Shown one piece after another: positions 28,732-39,165 of a stretch of 64,000 nucleotides of DNA; position 1 is the first letter of the stretch, and every line of letters begins with the position of its first letter. Made by a program: the position numbers and the translations under genes. The stretch lies in the NCBI GenBank assembly GCA_947632065.1, contig CANRNO010000001.1, positions 5,803 through 69,802 on the forward strand. The letters run 5' to 3'. Origin of the DNA: an uncultured Bacilli bacterium (lineage in GTDB: Bacteria > Bacillota_I > Bacilli_A > RF39 > UBA660). The notes beneath the pieces were generated by a model. That model worked only from the letters and a program-made list of their open reading frames with translations. It was not told the DNA's origin and searched no databases.

Positions 28732-29106
28732 ATGAAAAATGGAGAAATATTTTATATAGATTTTAAAGGAAATAGAGGATCCGAAATCAATAATATTCAC
28801 TTAGGAATTATATTTACTATTCCCAAAATTAATAATATGGTATTTTGTATACCACTTACTAGTCCGAAACAAAAACATTTTAAAAATATAAGTTCTTTTA
28901 ATAAACGTAATTATAAAGAATTAAAATATCAAAATTTAGTATATATAGATATATCCGATTCCGTTGCGCTACTAGATCAAATGAGAACTATATCTACTCA
29001 AAGATTACTAAGTTCGTATAATATTATTCTAGATAATAAGAATATCAACTTAATAAAAACAAAAGTTAATAAATATATTACAAATATTATGAAAAAAGAA
29101 AAATAG
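28732..29106 (+). CDS. MazF/PemK-family endoribonuclease toxin; no adjacent protein antitoxin
   Basis: GEIFYIDFKGNRGSEINNIHLGIIFT vs MazF GDLIWVDFDPTKGSEQAGHRPAVVLS, then ...CIPLTS...VALLDQMRTIS (MazF: VALADQVKSI); GGAGG RBS before the ATG at 28732 (the ORF-track start at 28681 lies inside the terminator). Confidence 0.75.
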   Translation: MKNGEIFYIDFKGNRGSEINNIHLGIIFTIPKINNMVFCIPLTSPKQKHFKNISSFNKRNYKELKYQNLVYIDISDSVALLDQMRTISTQRLLSSYNIILDNKNINLIKTKVNKYITNIMKKEK

Positions 29107-29168
29107 AAAAACAGAAAAAAATATACTCTTTCAATTTATTCTTATATATTTTATAATAATAAAGAAAG

Positions 29169-31514
29169 ATGGTGATAATTATGGACTTAGAAAAATACAA
29201 AGATAAAGAAATATTAATGATAACTCCAAATGCACAAAAATTAAATATTTTAGATAGACTTACTAAAGATAGTAATTTATATAATATTAAATTTATGACA
29301 ATAGAGGAATTTAAAGAAAACTACTTTTATTCTTATGATGAAAAAACAATAGATTATTTAATGAGTAAATATAATCTACATATAGATATTGCTAAAATAT
29401 ATTTAGAAAATTTATATTTTATAGATTTAAATAAAGATTATCATCATTCTAAATTACAAACACTAAAAAATGTAAAAAAAGATTTAATAGAAAATAATTT
29501 ATTAAAAGAAAATAAAATATTTAAAAGTTATTTACAAAACAAAACTATAATAGTTGAAAATTATTATGATTTAGAACTTTACTTAATTAATACTTTAAAA
29601 AAATATAACACAACATTTATAACTAATGATAAAAAAGATATAAATTTTAAAGTTAAACATTTTCCTACTTTAGAAGATGAAGTAGTATATACCGCAGTAG
29701 AAATAATAAAACTAATAAATAAAGATATAGATATTAATAAAATATTTATTTCAATAGATGATGATTATGAATACTTACTAAAAAGAATATTTTTATATTT
29801 TAATATACCTATAAATATAAAAAGTAAAGATAGTATTTATGGTACTAAAATAGTTCAAGATTATTTAAAAACTTCTAAATTAGATTTAAAAAATAATAAT
29901 GAAATAACAAAAAAATTAATTGATGTTATAAATTCAATAGTAGAAATAAAAGCCTCTTCAAACTATAAAATAGTATTAAAAGACAAATTAAAAAATACTT
30001 ATATTACTCCTAAAACTTATATAAATGCTGTAAATGTTGTAGATATAGAAAAAAGAAGTTTTAAAGAAGATGAATACGTATTTGTTTTAGGTTTTAATCA
30101 AGATCACTTACCACATCTTTACAAAGATGAAAGTTTTATAAAAGATAATATGAAGGATGAAGTAGAGTTATTTAAAACACCAGAAAAAAATAAGAATAAA
30201 AAACATTCTATTTTAAATATTCTTACTAATATTAAAAATCTATCTATATCGTATAAAGATAAAACATCTTTTAGTGAATATTATAAATCAAGTCTAATAG
30301 AAGAAGAAAATATTGAAGTAGAAGATATAGAATTTAATAAATTTAAATATTCAAATATTTATAATAAATTAATACTATCAGAAGAGTTGGATTTATATCG
30401 TAAATATAAAGAAGAAAGTGATACTCTTCATATATTATCTAAACATTATAAAGATATAAATTATAATACTTATGATAATAGTTTTACAAACATCTCAAAA
30501 GATAAACTTTTAGATTATATAAAAAATCCTTTAATTCTGTCTTATACAAGTATGAATTGTTATAACTTATGTGCTTTTAGTTATTATATAAAATATATAT
30601 TAAAACTAGATCCTTTCGAAGATAGTTTTGCCGCAACTCTAGGAAGCCTTTATCATAAAGTACTTTCTTTAATGAAAGAAGAATACTTTAATTTTGATAA
30701 AGTATGGGATGAATTTCTAGAAGATAAAGAATTATCTAAAAAAGAAGAATATTTATTAATAAACTTAAAAGAAGAACTAAAAAATATAATAGAAAAGATA
30801 AGAGAACAAGAAGAATATACAACATTTGATAAAGCTTTTTATGAAAAAGAATTAAATATATTATTTAGAAAAGAAATATTAGTACAGTTTATCGGAACCA
30901 TTGATAAGCTTCTTTACAGTAATAATGTAGATGATACATATTTTTCTATAATAGATTATAAAACAGGACATGTCGATACAGCACTCACTAACATGGAATA
31001 TGGAATAAATATGCAACTACCTATATATTTATATTTAGTTAGTAAAAGTGATATCTTTGAAAGTCCAATATTTACTGGAATGTATTTTCAAAGAATATTA
31101 TCTTCAAAACCAAAATTTGATTCTAAAAAGAGCATAGAAGATATCAAAAACGAAAATCTAAAATTAGTTGGATACTCAACAGATAATGAAGAGATATTAG
31201 AAAAATTTGATAATACTTATGAAAATAGTAAAGTTATTAAAAGTTTAAAAAAGACTAAAAATGGTTTTGCTTATTACTCTAAAATATTAAATGATGAAGA
31301 TATATATAATATCTTAAAATATACAGATAAAGTAATTAATAATTCTATAGATAATATTATAAAAGGAGACTTTTCAATTAATCCTAAAATAACAAATGGA
31401 AAAGATAAAATCTCTTGTATGTTTTGTAAATATAAAGATGTATGTTTTGTAAAAGAGAAAGATTATAAACATCTAGAAAGTCATAAAGACTTATCTTTTT
31501 TGGAGGTGGAGTAG
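29169..31514 (+). CDS. addB: AddB/RexB-type helicase-nuclease subunit B (short form, 781 aa) with a C-terminal Fe-S PD-(D/E)xK nuclease
   Basis: C-terminal CYNLCAFSYY ... IDYKTGH ... CMFCKYKDVCF (Cys4 cluster around a DxK nuclease motif); lies directly upstream of addA, to which it is translationally coupled. Confidence 0.75.
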   Translation: MVIIMDLEKYKDKEILMITPNAQKLNILDRLTKDSNLYNIKFMTIEEFKENYFYSYDEKTIDYLMSKYNLHIDIAKIYLENLYFIDLNKDYHHSKLQTLKNVKKDLIENNLLKENKIFKSYLQNKTIIVENYYDLELYLINTLKKYNTTFITNDKKDINFKVKHFPTLEDEVVYTAVEIIKLINKDIDINKIFISIDDDYEYLLKRIFLYFNIPINIKSKDSIYGTKIVQDYLKTSKLDLKNNNEITKKLIDVINSIVEIKASSNYKIVLKDKLKNTYITPKTYINAVNVVDIEKRSFKEDEYVFVLGFNQDHLPHLYKDESFIKDNMKDEVELFKTPEKNKNKKHSILNILTNIKNLSISYKDKTSFSEYYKSSLIEEENIEVEDIEFNKFKYSNIYNKLILSEELDLYRKYKEESDTLHILSKHYKDINYNTYDNSFTNISKDKLLDYIKNPLILSYTSMNCYNLCAFSYYIKYILKLDPFEDSFAATLGSLYHKVLSLMKEEYFNFDKVWDEFLEDKELSKKEEYLLINLKEELKNIIEKIREQEEYTTFDKAFYEKELNILFRKEILVQFIGTIDKLLYSNNVDDTYFSIIDYKTGHVDTALTNMEYGINMQLPIYLYLVSKSDIFESPIFTGMYFQRILSSKPKFDSKKSIEDIKNENLKLVGYSTDNEEILEKFDNTYENSKVIKSLKKTKNGFAYYSKILNDEDIYNILKYTDKVINNSIDNIIKGDFSINPKITNGKDKISCMFCKYKDVCFVKEKDYKHLESHKDLSFLEVE

Positions 31515-34500
31515 ATGAACTGGACAGAAGAACAACTTGCCGCAATAAAAGAAAGTGGTAAAAACATAATTGTATCTGCTGGTGCTGGAAGTGGGAAAAC
31601 TGCTGTTTTATCAGAACGTGTTATAGAAAAAATAAAACAAGGAATACATATTAATGAACTACTTATTATGACTTTCACAAATGCCGCCGCCGCAGAAATG
31701 AAAGAAAGGATAAGAAAAAAATTATTAAAAGAAAAAAACTTCAAAGAAGAAATAGAATTACTTGATTCTGCCTACATCACAACATTTGATAGTTTTGCTT
31801 TATCAATAGTAAAAAAATATCATGACATACTAAACATTACAAATAAAGTAAAAATATGTGATGAGGCTTTAATTACTATTAAGAAAAAAGAACTTTTAGA
31901 TGAAATATTTGATGAATATTATGAAAAAGAAGATGAAAGTTTTCTAAATTTAATAAAAGACTTTTGCTTAAAAGATGATAAAGAATTAAAAAAATACATT
32001 ATATCAATTTATAATTCTATTTCACTAAAATATGATCCAATAGAATTCTTAGAAAAAGAATCTATAAATAATTTTAAAGAAGAAAATTTAAATAAAGTTG
32101 TAACTGATTATAATAATTTATTAAAAGAAAATATAAAAGAAATAGAAAATATATTAAGAAAATTATCCCTTACATTTTCATCAGATTATATGATGAAGTT
32201 ATATGCTCCTCTAGACAAACTTCTTAATGCCAATAATTATGAAGAAATAAAAAATTCTCTTGATATAAAATTACCACCAGTACCAAAAAACACAGAACTT
32301 GAAATTAAAGATTTGAAAGGAAATATAAAAACAATCACAGATGATTTAAAAAAAATGTGTATTTATTCATCAACTGAAGAAATAAAAGAAGATATCTTAT
32401 CTACTAAAAATAATACAATAGTTATTACAAATATTTTAAAAGAATTATTTAAAAGACTAGATGTTTATAAAAAAGAAGAAAGTTTTTATAACTTTAATGA
32501 TATATTTCATATGGCTATAAAAATAGTAAAAGATAATAAAGAAATACGCGATGAAGTTAGAAATAGTTTTAAAGAAATATTAGTAGATGAATACCAAGAC
32601 ACTAGTGATTTACAAGAATATTTTATATCACTAATTGAAGATAATAATGTTTATATGGTAGGAGATGTAAAACAATCTATATATCGTTTTAGAAATGCTA
32701 ATCCTTATATATTTAAAAATAAATATGATAACTATTCTAAAGATAATGGTGGTATAAAAATAGATCTTAATAAAAACTTTAGAAGTAGAAGAGAAGTATT
32801 ATCTAATATAAATTTAATATTTGATAAAATAATGTCTGATAATATTGGAGGAGCATCTTATAAACAGACTCACAGGATGCAATTTGGAAATAAAACTTAT
32901 GAAGAAGATGGACTTACAAAACAAAATTATAATTTAAAAATAAAAACATATGAAAAAGAAAAAAACATCTCAAACAGTATAAAAGAATCATTTATCATCG
33001 CAACAGATATAAAAGAAAAAATAAAAAATAAATATAAAATTTATGATGGAAATTTAAGAGAAATAAAATACTCAGATTTTTCAATATTACTTGATAGAAG
33101 TAAAGACTTTGATTTATATAAAAAAGTATTAGATTATTTTGGTATTCCAAGTGAAATAATAAAAAATGAAGAATTAACAAAAGAAGATGATATCCTAGTA
33201 TTAAAAAATTTATTTAAATTGATAATATTAATACATAATAAAACTTATAATCAAGAATTTAAATATTCATTTTTATCAGTAGGACGTAGTTTCTTATTTG
33301 ATTTAGATGATGATATATTATTTTCTTATTTCGTAAATAACAATTTTGAAGAAAGTGATATATTTATTAAATGTCAAGAAATAAGTAAAGACTTAGATAT
33401 TAAAACTCCAAGTATGGTTTTAGAAGAAATAATGAATACTTTCAATTATGAAGAAAAACTAATTACTTTAATAAATATTAAAAATTTAAGAACACGTATT
33501 GAATATATAATGACATTCTTAAAAGACTTCTCATATCTTGGAAACACTCCAGAAGATTTTATAGAATATTTAGATACAGTATTCACATCATCTCTACGTA
33601 TAGAGTTTCAAACTAAAAATACAAACTCTAATGCTGTAAAAATCATGACTATTCATACATCAAAAGGACTAGAATTTCCTATTTGTTATTTCGCAGGATT
33701 TACAAACTCATTTAACTTAAGAGATTTAACAGATAAAATACTTTATAATAATACCTATGGTATAGTACTTCCTAAAGTAGATGAAGTTATAAAAGCAACT
33801 ATCTTAAATGAATTATTAAAATATAATACTAAAAAAGAAGAAATAAGTGAAAAAATTAGACTTTTATATGTTGCGCTAACACGTGCAAAAGAAGAAATGA
33901 TTATAGTTTGTCCTACTTTTGAAAAAGATATTGAATTATCAGAATATACTCAAATGAAATATAAAAGTTTTTATAATATTATAGAAAGTATTAGATATGA
34001 ATTAGAAGACTATATTGAATTTATTGATATAGAAGTAAATAAAGACTTTCTAACAACTAGTTTTAAATCAGATTTAAAACTAAAAGAAGTAGAAGATTTT
34101 ATCGTAGAAGAATTAGACATTCCAACAGAAGAGGAAGAAGAAAAAAGATTTTCTAAAACAACTTTAGAAATCCAAACTAAAGAAGAAAAAGAAAAACTAC
34201 AAACAGGAACTAACTTTCACCAAATACTAGAAATGATAGATTTTAAAAATCCTAATTTAGAAATTCTAGATGAAAAAGAAAAGAACATGATAACCTCATT
34301 CTTAGAAAATGATATTATAAAAAATAATCTTGATGGAAATATATATCATGAATATGAATTTCTATTTAAAAAAGAAAATATTAATTATCATGGTATAATA
34401 GATTTAATGATAGAAAAAAGTGATAAAATAATTATTATAGATTATAAATTAAAAAATATAGATGATGAAAAATATAAAGACCAATTAAATGGTTATAAAG

Positions 34501-34580
34501 AAGCGATAAAGACCAAAACAAATAAGAAAATCAATACATATTTATATTCAATAATAGATAATAAATTTAAAGAAGTATAG
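31515..34580 (+). CDS. addA: AddA/RexA-type ATP-dependent helicase/nuclease subunit A (UvrD-like)
   Basis: UvrD motifs GAGSGKT, ILVDEYQDTS, VGDVKQSIYRFR and TIHTSKGLEF, plus a C-terminal RecB-type nuclease (IIDYK). Confidence 0.85.
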   Translation: MNWTEEQLAAIKESGKNIIVSAGAGSGKTAVLSERVIEKIKQGIHINELLIMTFTNAAAAEMKERIRKKLLKEKNFKEEIELLDSAYITTFDSFALSIVKKYHDILNITNKVKICDEALITIKKKELLDEIFDEYYEKEDESFLNLIKDFCLKDDKELKKYIISIYNSISLKYDPIEFLEKESINNFKEENLNKVVTDYNNLLKENIKEIENILRKLSLTFSSDYMMKLYAPLDKLLNANNYEEIKNSLDIKLPPVPKNTELEIKDLKGNIKTITDDLKKMCIYSSTEEIKEDILSTKNNTIVITNILKELFKRLDVYKKEESFYNFNDIFHMAIKIVKDNKEIRDEVRNSFKEILVDEYQDTSDLQEYFISLIEDNNVYMVGDVKQSIYRFRNANPYIFKNKYDNYSKDNGGIKIDLNKNFRSRREVLSNINLIFDKIMSDNIGGASYKQTHRMQFGNKTYEEDGLTKQNYNLKIKTYEKEKNISNSIKESFIIATDIKEKIKNKYKIYDGNLREIKYSDFSILLDRSKDFDLYKKVLDYFGIPSEIIKNEELTKEDDILVLKNLFKLIILIHNKTYNQEFKYSFLSVGRSFLFDLDDDILFSYFVNNNFEESDIFIKCQEISKDLDIKTPSMVLEEIMNTFNYEEKLITLINIKNLRTRIEYIMTFLKDFSYLGNTPEDFIEYLDTVFTSSLRIEFQTKNTNSNAVKIMTIHTSKGLEFPICYFAGFTNSFNLRDLTDKILYNNTYGIVLPKVDEVIKATILNELLKYNTKKEEISEKIRLLYVALTRAKEEMIIVCPTFEKDIELSEYTQMKYKSFYNIIESIRYELEDYIEFIDIEVNKDFLTTSFKSDLKLKEVEDFIVEELDIPTEEEEEKRFSKTTLEIQTKEEKEKLQTGTNFHQILEMIDFKNPNLEILDEKEKNMITSFLENDIIKNNLDGNIYHEYEFLFKKENINYHGIIDLMIEKSDKIIIIDYKLKNIDDEKYKDQLNGYKEAIKTKTNKKINTYLYSIIDNKFKEV

Positions 34581-34589
34581 GAGAGTATT

Positions 34590-35591
34590 ATGATATTAAA
34601 AATATTATTATTACTAATATTAATTTTTATTAATGGAGTTTTATCCGCAAGTGAAATTGCTTTTATATCACTTGATAAATTTACTTTGAAAAAAAATAAA
34701 ACATCTAAAGATAAAAAGATAATACAAATGAAAAAAGAAGAAAGTAAATTCTTATCTACTATTCAAGTAGGAATAACTCTCGCAGGATTTCTTGCCAGTG
34801 CTTTTGCTAGTGATACATTCGCAGATTATCTAATAAATGTTCAAGGAGTAAAAATAATAAATACTGCTTTTACAGAAACTTTCTTAATGATTATAATTAC
34901 ATTAATTCTATCTTATATAACACTAATATTTGGAGAACTTGTCCCAAAACAAATAGGAAGATCAAACCCTAAAAAAGTAGCATACCTCACAATTGATTTT
35001 ATCTATATAATATCTAAAATATTCTATCCAATAATTTTACTACTTACAAAAACAACAGAAATAATATGTAAAATTATAAGAATAAAAGGTAAAGAAGAAA
35101 AAATAACAGAAGAAGATATAAGAAATCTTATTATAACAAGTGAGGCAAGTGGAATTATTGAAGATAAAGAAAAAGAATATATTTTAAATATATTTAAATT
35201 TAATGATAAACAAGCACAAAAAATAATGACAAAGAAAAACAAAGTAATCTCAATAGATATAAAAGATAATAAAAAAGAGATACTAGAGAAAATAAAAAAT
35301 TCTCGCTTTACAAGATTCCCTGTATTAGATAATGATAAGATTTTAGGATTTATAAATGTAAAAGATTTAATATACATGCACAAAGTAAGAAAAAAGTTTA
35401 ATATAAAAGAAATTATTCATGAAGTATTATGCTTTGAAAAAGAAGAAATGATAGATGATATATTTAGAACTATGCAAAAACATCATGAGACATTTTCTAT
35501 TATTACAAAAAATAATAAACTAGTAGGTATTCTTACAATGGAAGATGCTATAGAAGAAATAGTTGGAAATATATCTGATGAATATAATTGA
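34590..35591 (+). CDS. CNNM/TlyC-family transporter (DUF21 + CBS pair)
   Basis: N-terminal DUF21 4-TM domain, a CBS pair and a C-terminal transporter-associated domain. Confidence 0.75.
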   Translation: MILKILLLLILIFINGVLSASEIAFISLDKFTLKKNKTSKDKKIIQMKKEESKFLSTIQVGITLAGFLASAFASDTFADYLINVQGVKIINTAFTETFLMIIITLILSYITLIFGELVPKQIGRSNPKKVAYLTIDFIYIISKIFYPIILLLTKTTEIICKIIRIKGKEEKITEEDIRNLIITSEASGIIEDKEKEYILNIFKFNDKQAQKIMTKKNKVISIDIKDNKKEILEKIKNSRFTRFPVLDNDKILGFINVKDLIYMHKVRKKFNIKEIIHEVLCFEKEEMIDDIFRTMQKHHETFSIITKNNKLVGILTMEDAIEEIVGNISDEYN

Positions 35592-35635
35592 TATTTTTAT
35601 AAATTATTATATAATATAAAAATAGGGGAGGAAGT

Positions 35636-36400
35636 ATGAAAATTAAAAATTTAAATATAGAAGTAGAAAGCAAATATTATAATGAAAAATTTACTTATCA
35701 GTATGATGAAGATTTGTTTGAAGAATTAAAACAAACAACAGGAATAGAAATTTCAGATTCTTGTGAAAATATTACCAAAACAGATATTTTCTCTATTAAA
35801 GGAGATAAAAGAAGATATGCAGTTTTAAATTATAATAAAAATCAAGAAGATTATGAAGATGCAGAATATGATGCGATAGATTTAGAAGATCAAGTCTTAC
35901 ATATTATACCAATACACACTCTTGAAGCGTTAAGCCATGAATTTACAACCTTATATTTTACAAATCAAGGAATATTAGGAATGAGTCAAACTTATTATAA
36001 TGATTTAGGTTATGGCCTTTCAGAAAAGTTTATATTAATACCTATATTAGGTACAGGGAAAAAAGAATTTTTATGGAATATCGCACCAATTATAGATGAA
36101 TATTTTTATAATATAAGTAATACAGAAAAGTTTTATGATATCTATTGTATAGAAAAAAATATTTTAGAAACAATAGAATTAAAATATGATTTTATTGAAA
36201 AGGCTATAAATTATGATGTAGTAGATGTTCAAGATTTCTTTAATAAAAGTTTTGAATTATATTATACTAAAAATGAAGATTTTTATGTAATGTGTCCAAG
36301 AACTTGTAAATTCTTTGAAAATCTTGATAAACAAATGGAAGAAGATTATTTAAAAAGAAAACAAAATAAAGAAAAAATAAATACAAAAATAATGAATTAA
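35636..36400 (+). CDS. Hypothetical protein
   Basis: 254-aa ORF with an AGGGGAGG RBS; no recognised family. Confidence 0.4.
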   Translation: MKIKNLNIEVESKYYNEKFTYQYDEDLFEELKQTTGIEISDSCENITKTDIFSIKGDKRRYAVLNYNKNQEDYEDAEYDAIDLEDQVLHIIPIHTLEALSHEFTTLYFTNQGILGMSQTYYNDLGYGLSEKFILIPILGTGKKEFLWNIAPIIDEYFYNISNTEKFYDIYCIEKNILETIELKYDFIEKAINYDVVDVQDFFNKSFELYYTKNEDFYVMCPRTCKFFENLDKQMEEDYLKRKQNKEKINTKIMN

Positions 36401-36439
36401 GGCACTAGAAAACTCTAGTGTCTTTTGTTATAATATTCT

Positions 36440-39070
36440 ATGATAATAAAGGAGCTGATTAAAATAAAAACAGATTGGTACCAAAAAGATATAGATAAAA
36501 TATATAAAGACTTAAATACAAAACAGGCAGGTCTATCATCACAAGAAGTTATAAAAAGAAGAGAAGAGGCTGGTCTTAATGTATTACCTAAAGGTAAAAA
36601 AGAAACTGTATTTGAAATATTTTTTAATGAATTTAAAGATCCTATAGTTCTTCTTTTAATAGTTGCTATTATCTCATCTTTTATAGTAGGAGAAATAATA
36701 GATGCTATTGCGATTATCTTTATAGTATTAATAGATGTATTAATGGGAACATATCAAGAAAATAAAGCCAACAATACCGCAGAAGCTCTAGAAAAACTTG
36801 TAACTGTTATGGTAAGAGTTATAAGAGATAAAAAAGAAGTAGAAGTAACTAGTGAAGAATTAGTAGTAGGAGACATATGTTTTTTAGAATCTGGCGATAA
36901 AATAAGCGCTGATATGCGTATTATAGAATCAGAAAACTTAATGGTAGATGAGTCTATACTTACAGGAGAAAGTATTCAAGTTCCAAAAACAAGTGATACC
37001 ATTAAAGGAAAAGATTTACCAATTACTGATCAAGATAATATCCTTTTTTCAGGTACTACTATAGTAAAAGGACGTGCTAAAGCAGTAGTAATAAAAACAG
37101 CTCTTGAAACAGAAATAGGAAAAATTGCAGATACCTTAACAAATACTAAAGAAGAAAAATCTCCTCTTACAATAAGAGTAGAAAAACTATCAAAACAAAT
37201 AAGTGCTTTAGTTTTAGTAGTTGCAATAATTATAACAATATTATTAATAACTAAAGGAGTATCTTATAACGAAATATTCCTATCAGTAATTGCCCTTGCA
37301 GTCTCAGCTATGCCAGAAGGACTACCTCTTGCTTTAACTATGGCTCTTACAATCGCATCTAATAAAATGGCCAAACAAAATGTAGTAGCTAAAAAATTAC
37401 ATTCAGTTGAATCCCTTGGAAGTTGTACTGTCATTGTAAGTGATAAAACAGGAACACTAACAGTAAATGAACAAACTGCTAAAAAAATAATTTTACCAGA
37501 CGGAGAATCTTTTGATATAACAGGAACAGGTTATGAAACAAAAGGAGAAGTAATAGGTAAATCCCTTGATAAAGCAAAATACTTATCTTTACTTGGATGT
37601 ATAAATAATGAGGCTAAAATAACAAAGAATGAAAGAATAGGTGACTCTATTGATATAGCATTCTTAATACTTTCAAAAAAGTTAAAAATAAATACTAGAA
37701 ATATAGAAATAATAGATTTAATACCATATGAATCAGAAAATAAATATTCCGCAGCCTTTTTCAAACAAGATAAAAAAACCTATTGTACTATCAAAGGTTC
37801 AGTAGAAAAAGTTCTATCCTTTTGTAGCAAAGTAGATGAAAAACAGATAAATAAACAAAATGAATTACTTGCAAAAGATGGATATAGAGTAATTGCTCTT
37901 GCTTGTTCTAAAATACAAGATAAAAAAGAATATAAAGAACAAGATATTAAAAATCTAGAATTTATTGGTCTAGTAGGATTTATAGATCCAATTAGAAAAG
38001 AAGCAATTACTTCCATTAAAGAATGTAAAAGTGCCGGTATAAAAGTTTTAATGGTAACAGGTGATCATCCACTAACATCATTTTCTATCGCAAAAGACTT
38101 AACACTAACAGATAAACAAAGTGATGTTACAGATGGAGTAGAAGTTACAAAATACTTAAAAAAAGGAGAAAAAGCCTTTGATAAATTTGTTATGAGTAAA
38201 TGTATCTTTACAAGAGTAACACCACTTCAAAAGCTAGAAATAGTAAAATCTTTAAAAAGACAAGGTGAATTTGTCGCAGTAACAGGGGATGGAGTAAACG
38301 ATGCTCCAGCAATAAAAACTGCTAACTTAGGAATAGCTATGGGAAGTGGTACTGATATAGCTCGTGAGACATCTAAAATGATTATAATGGATGATAACTT
38401 TAAATCTATAGTCTCAGCTGTAAAAGAGGGTAGAGTTGCCTATTCAAATATTAGAAAAATAATTTTATTTCTAATTTCTTGTGGACTAGCAGAAGTACTT
38501 TTCTTTACATTATCAATTATTTTCAATATGCCTATGCCACTGGTTGCTATCCAACTTCTTTGGCTTAATATGGTAACAGACGGTATCCAAGATTTTGCCT
38601 TATCTTTTGAAAAAGCAGAAGATGACATAATGAATGAAAAACCAAAAGATCCAAAATCTTCACTTTTTGATAAAACACTTTTAAAAAATATTTTAGTATC
38701 CGGAACATATATAGGCCTAATTGTATTTGCAGTCTGGTATTTTCTAATAAATCACTTACATATGAATATAAGTATTGCTCGTGGTTATATAATGGCTTTA
38801 ATGGTATTTATCCAAAATATTCATGTATTTAACTGTAGAAGTGAAAAACAAAGTGCTTTTAAAATATCTCTATCAAGTAATAAATTAATATTCTATGGAG
38901 TCATCGCATCCATAGGTCTACAACTTATAGTAATGAATGTAGAGATACTGAGTACTTTTCTAAAAACAACAATAATTCCATTTAAAGAAATGTTATATTT
39001 ATTTATTATCGCATTTACTATAATACCAGTAATGGAAACTTATAAAAAACTAAATAATAAGAATTTATAA
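36440..39070 (+). CDS. P-type cation-transporting ATPase (type IIA Ca2+-ATPase-like)
   Basis: DKTGTLT phosphorylation motif, TGDHPLT, VAVTGDGVNDAPA; 876 aa; start uncertain (no good RBS before 36440). Confidence 0.9.
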   Translation: MIIKELIKIKTDWYQKDIDKIYKDLNTKQAGLSSQEVIKRREEAGLNVLPKGKKETVFEIFFNEFKDPIVLLLIVAIISSFIVGEIIDAIAIIFIVLIDVLMGTYQENKANNTAEALEKLVTVMVRVIRDKKEVEVTSEELVVGDICFLESGDKISADMRIIESENLMVDESILTGESIQVPKTSDTIKGKDLPITDQDNILFSGTTIVKGRAKAVVIKTALETEIGKIADTLTNTKEEKSPLTIRVEKLSKQISALVLVVAIIITILLITKGVSYNEIFLSVIALAVSAMPEGLPLALTMALTIASNKMAKQNVVAKKLHSVESLGSCTVIVSDKTGTLTVNEQTAKKIILPDGESFDITGTGYETKGEVIGKSLDKAKYLSLLGCINNEAKITKNERIGDSIDIAFLILSKKLKINTRNIEIIDLIPYESENKYSAAFFKQDKKTYCTIKGSVEKVLSFCSKVDEKQINKQNELLAKDGYRVIALACSKIQDKKEYKEQDIKNLEFIGLVGFIDPIRKEAITSIKECKSAGIKVLMVTGDHPLTSFSIAKDLTLTDKQSDVTDGVEVTKYLKKGEKAFDKFVMSKCIFTRVTPLQKLEIVKSLKRQGEFVAVTGDGVNDAPAIKTANLGIAMGSGTDIARETSKMIIMDDNFKSIVSAVKEGRVAYSNIRKIILFLISCGLAEVLFFTLSIIFNMPMPLVAIQLLWLNMVTDGIQDFALSFEKAEDDIMNEKPKDPKSSLFDKTLLKNILVSGTYIGLIVFAVWYFLINHLHMNISIARGYIMALMVFIQNIHVFNCRSEKQSAFKISLSSNKLIFYGVIASIGLQLIVMNVEILSTFLKTTIIPFKEMLYLFIIAFTIIPVMETYKKLNNKNL

Positions 39071-39165
39071 AATCGGTTCAATAGGATAACCGATTTTTAT
39101 TGAAATTTTTTTAAAAATTTGCTAAAATATAGGCAGAAAAAAGCGTTATAAAGAAGGAGTATAAA

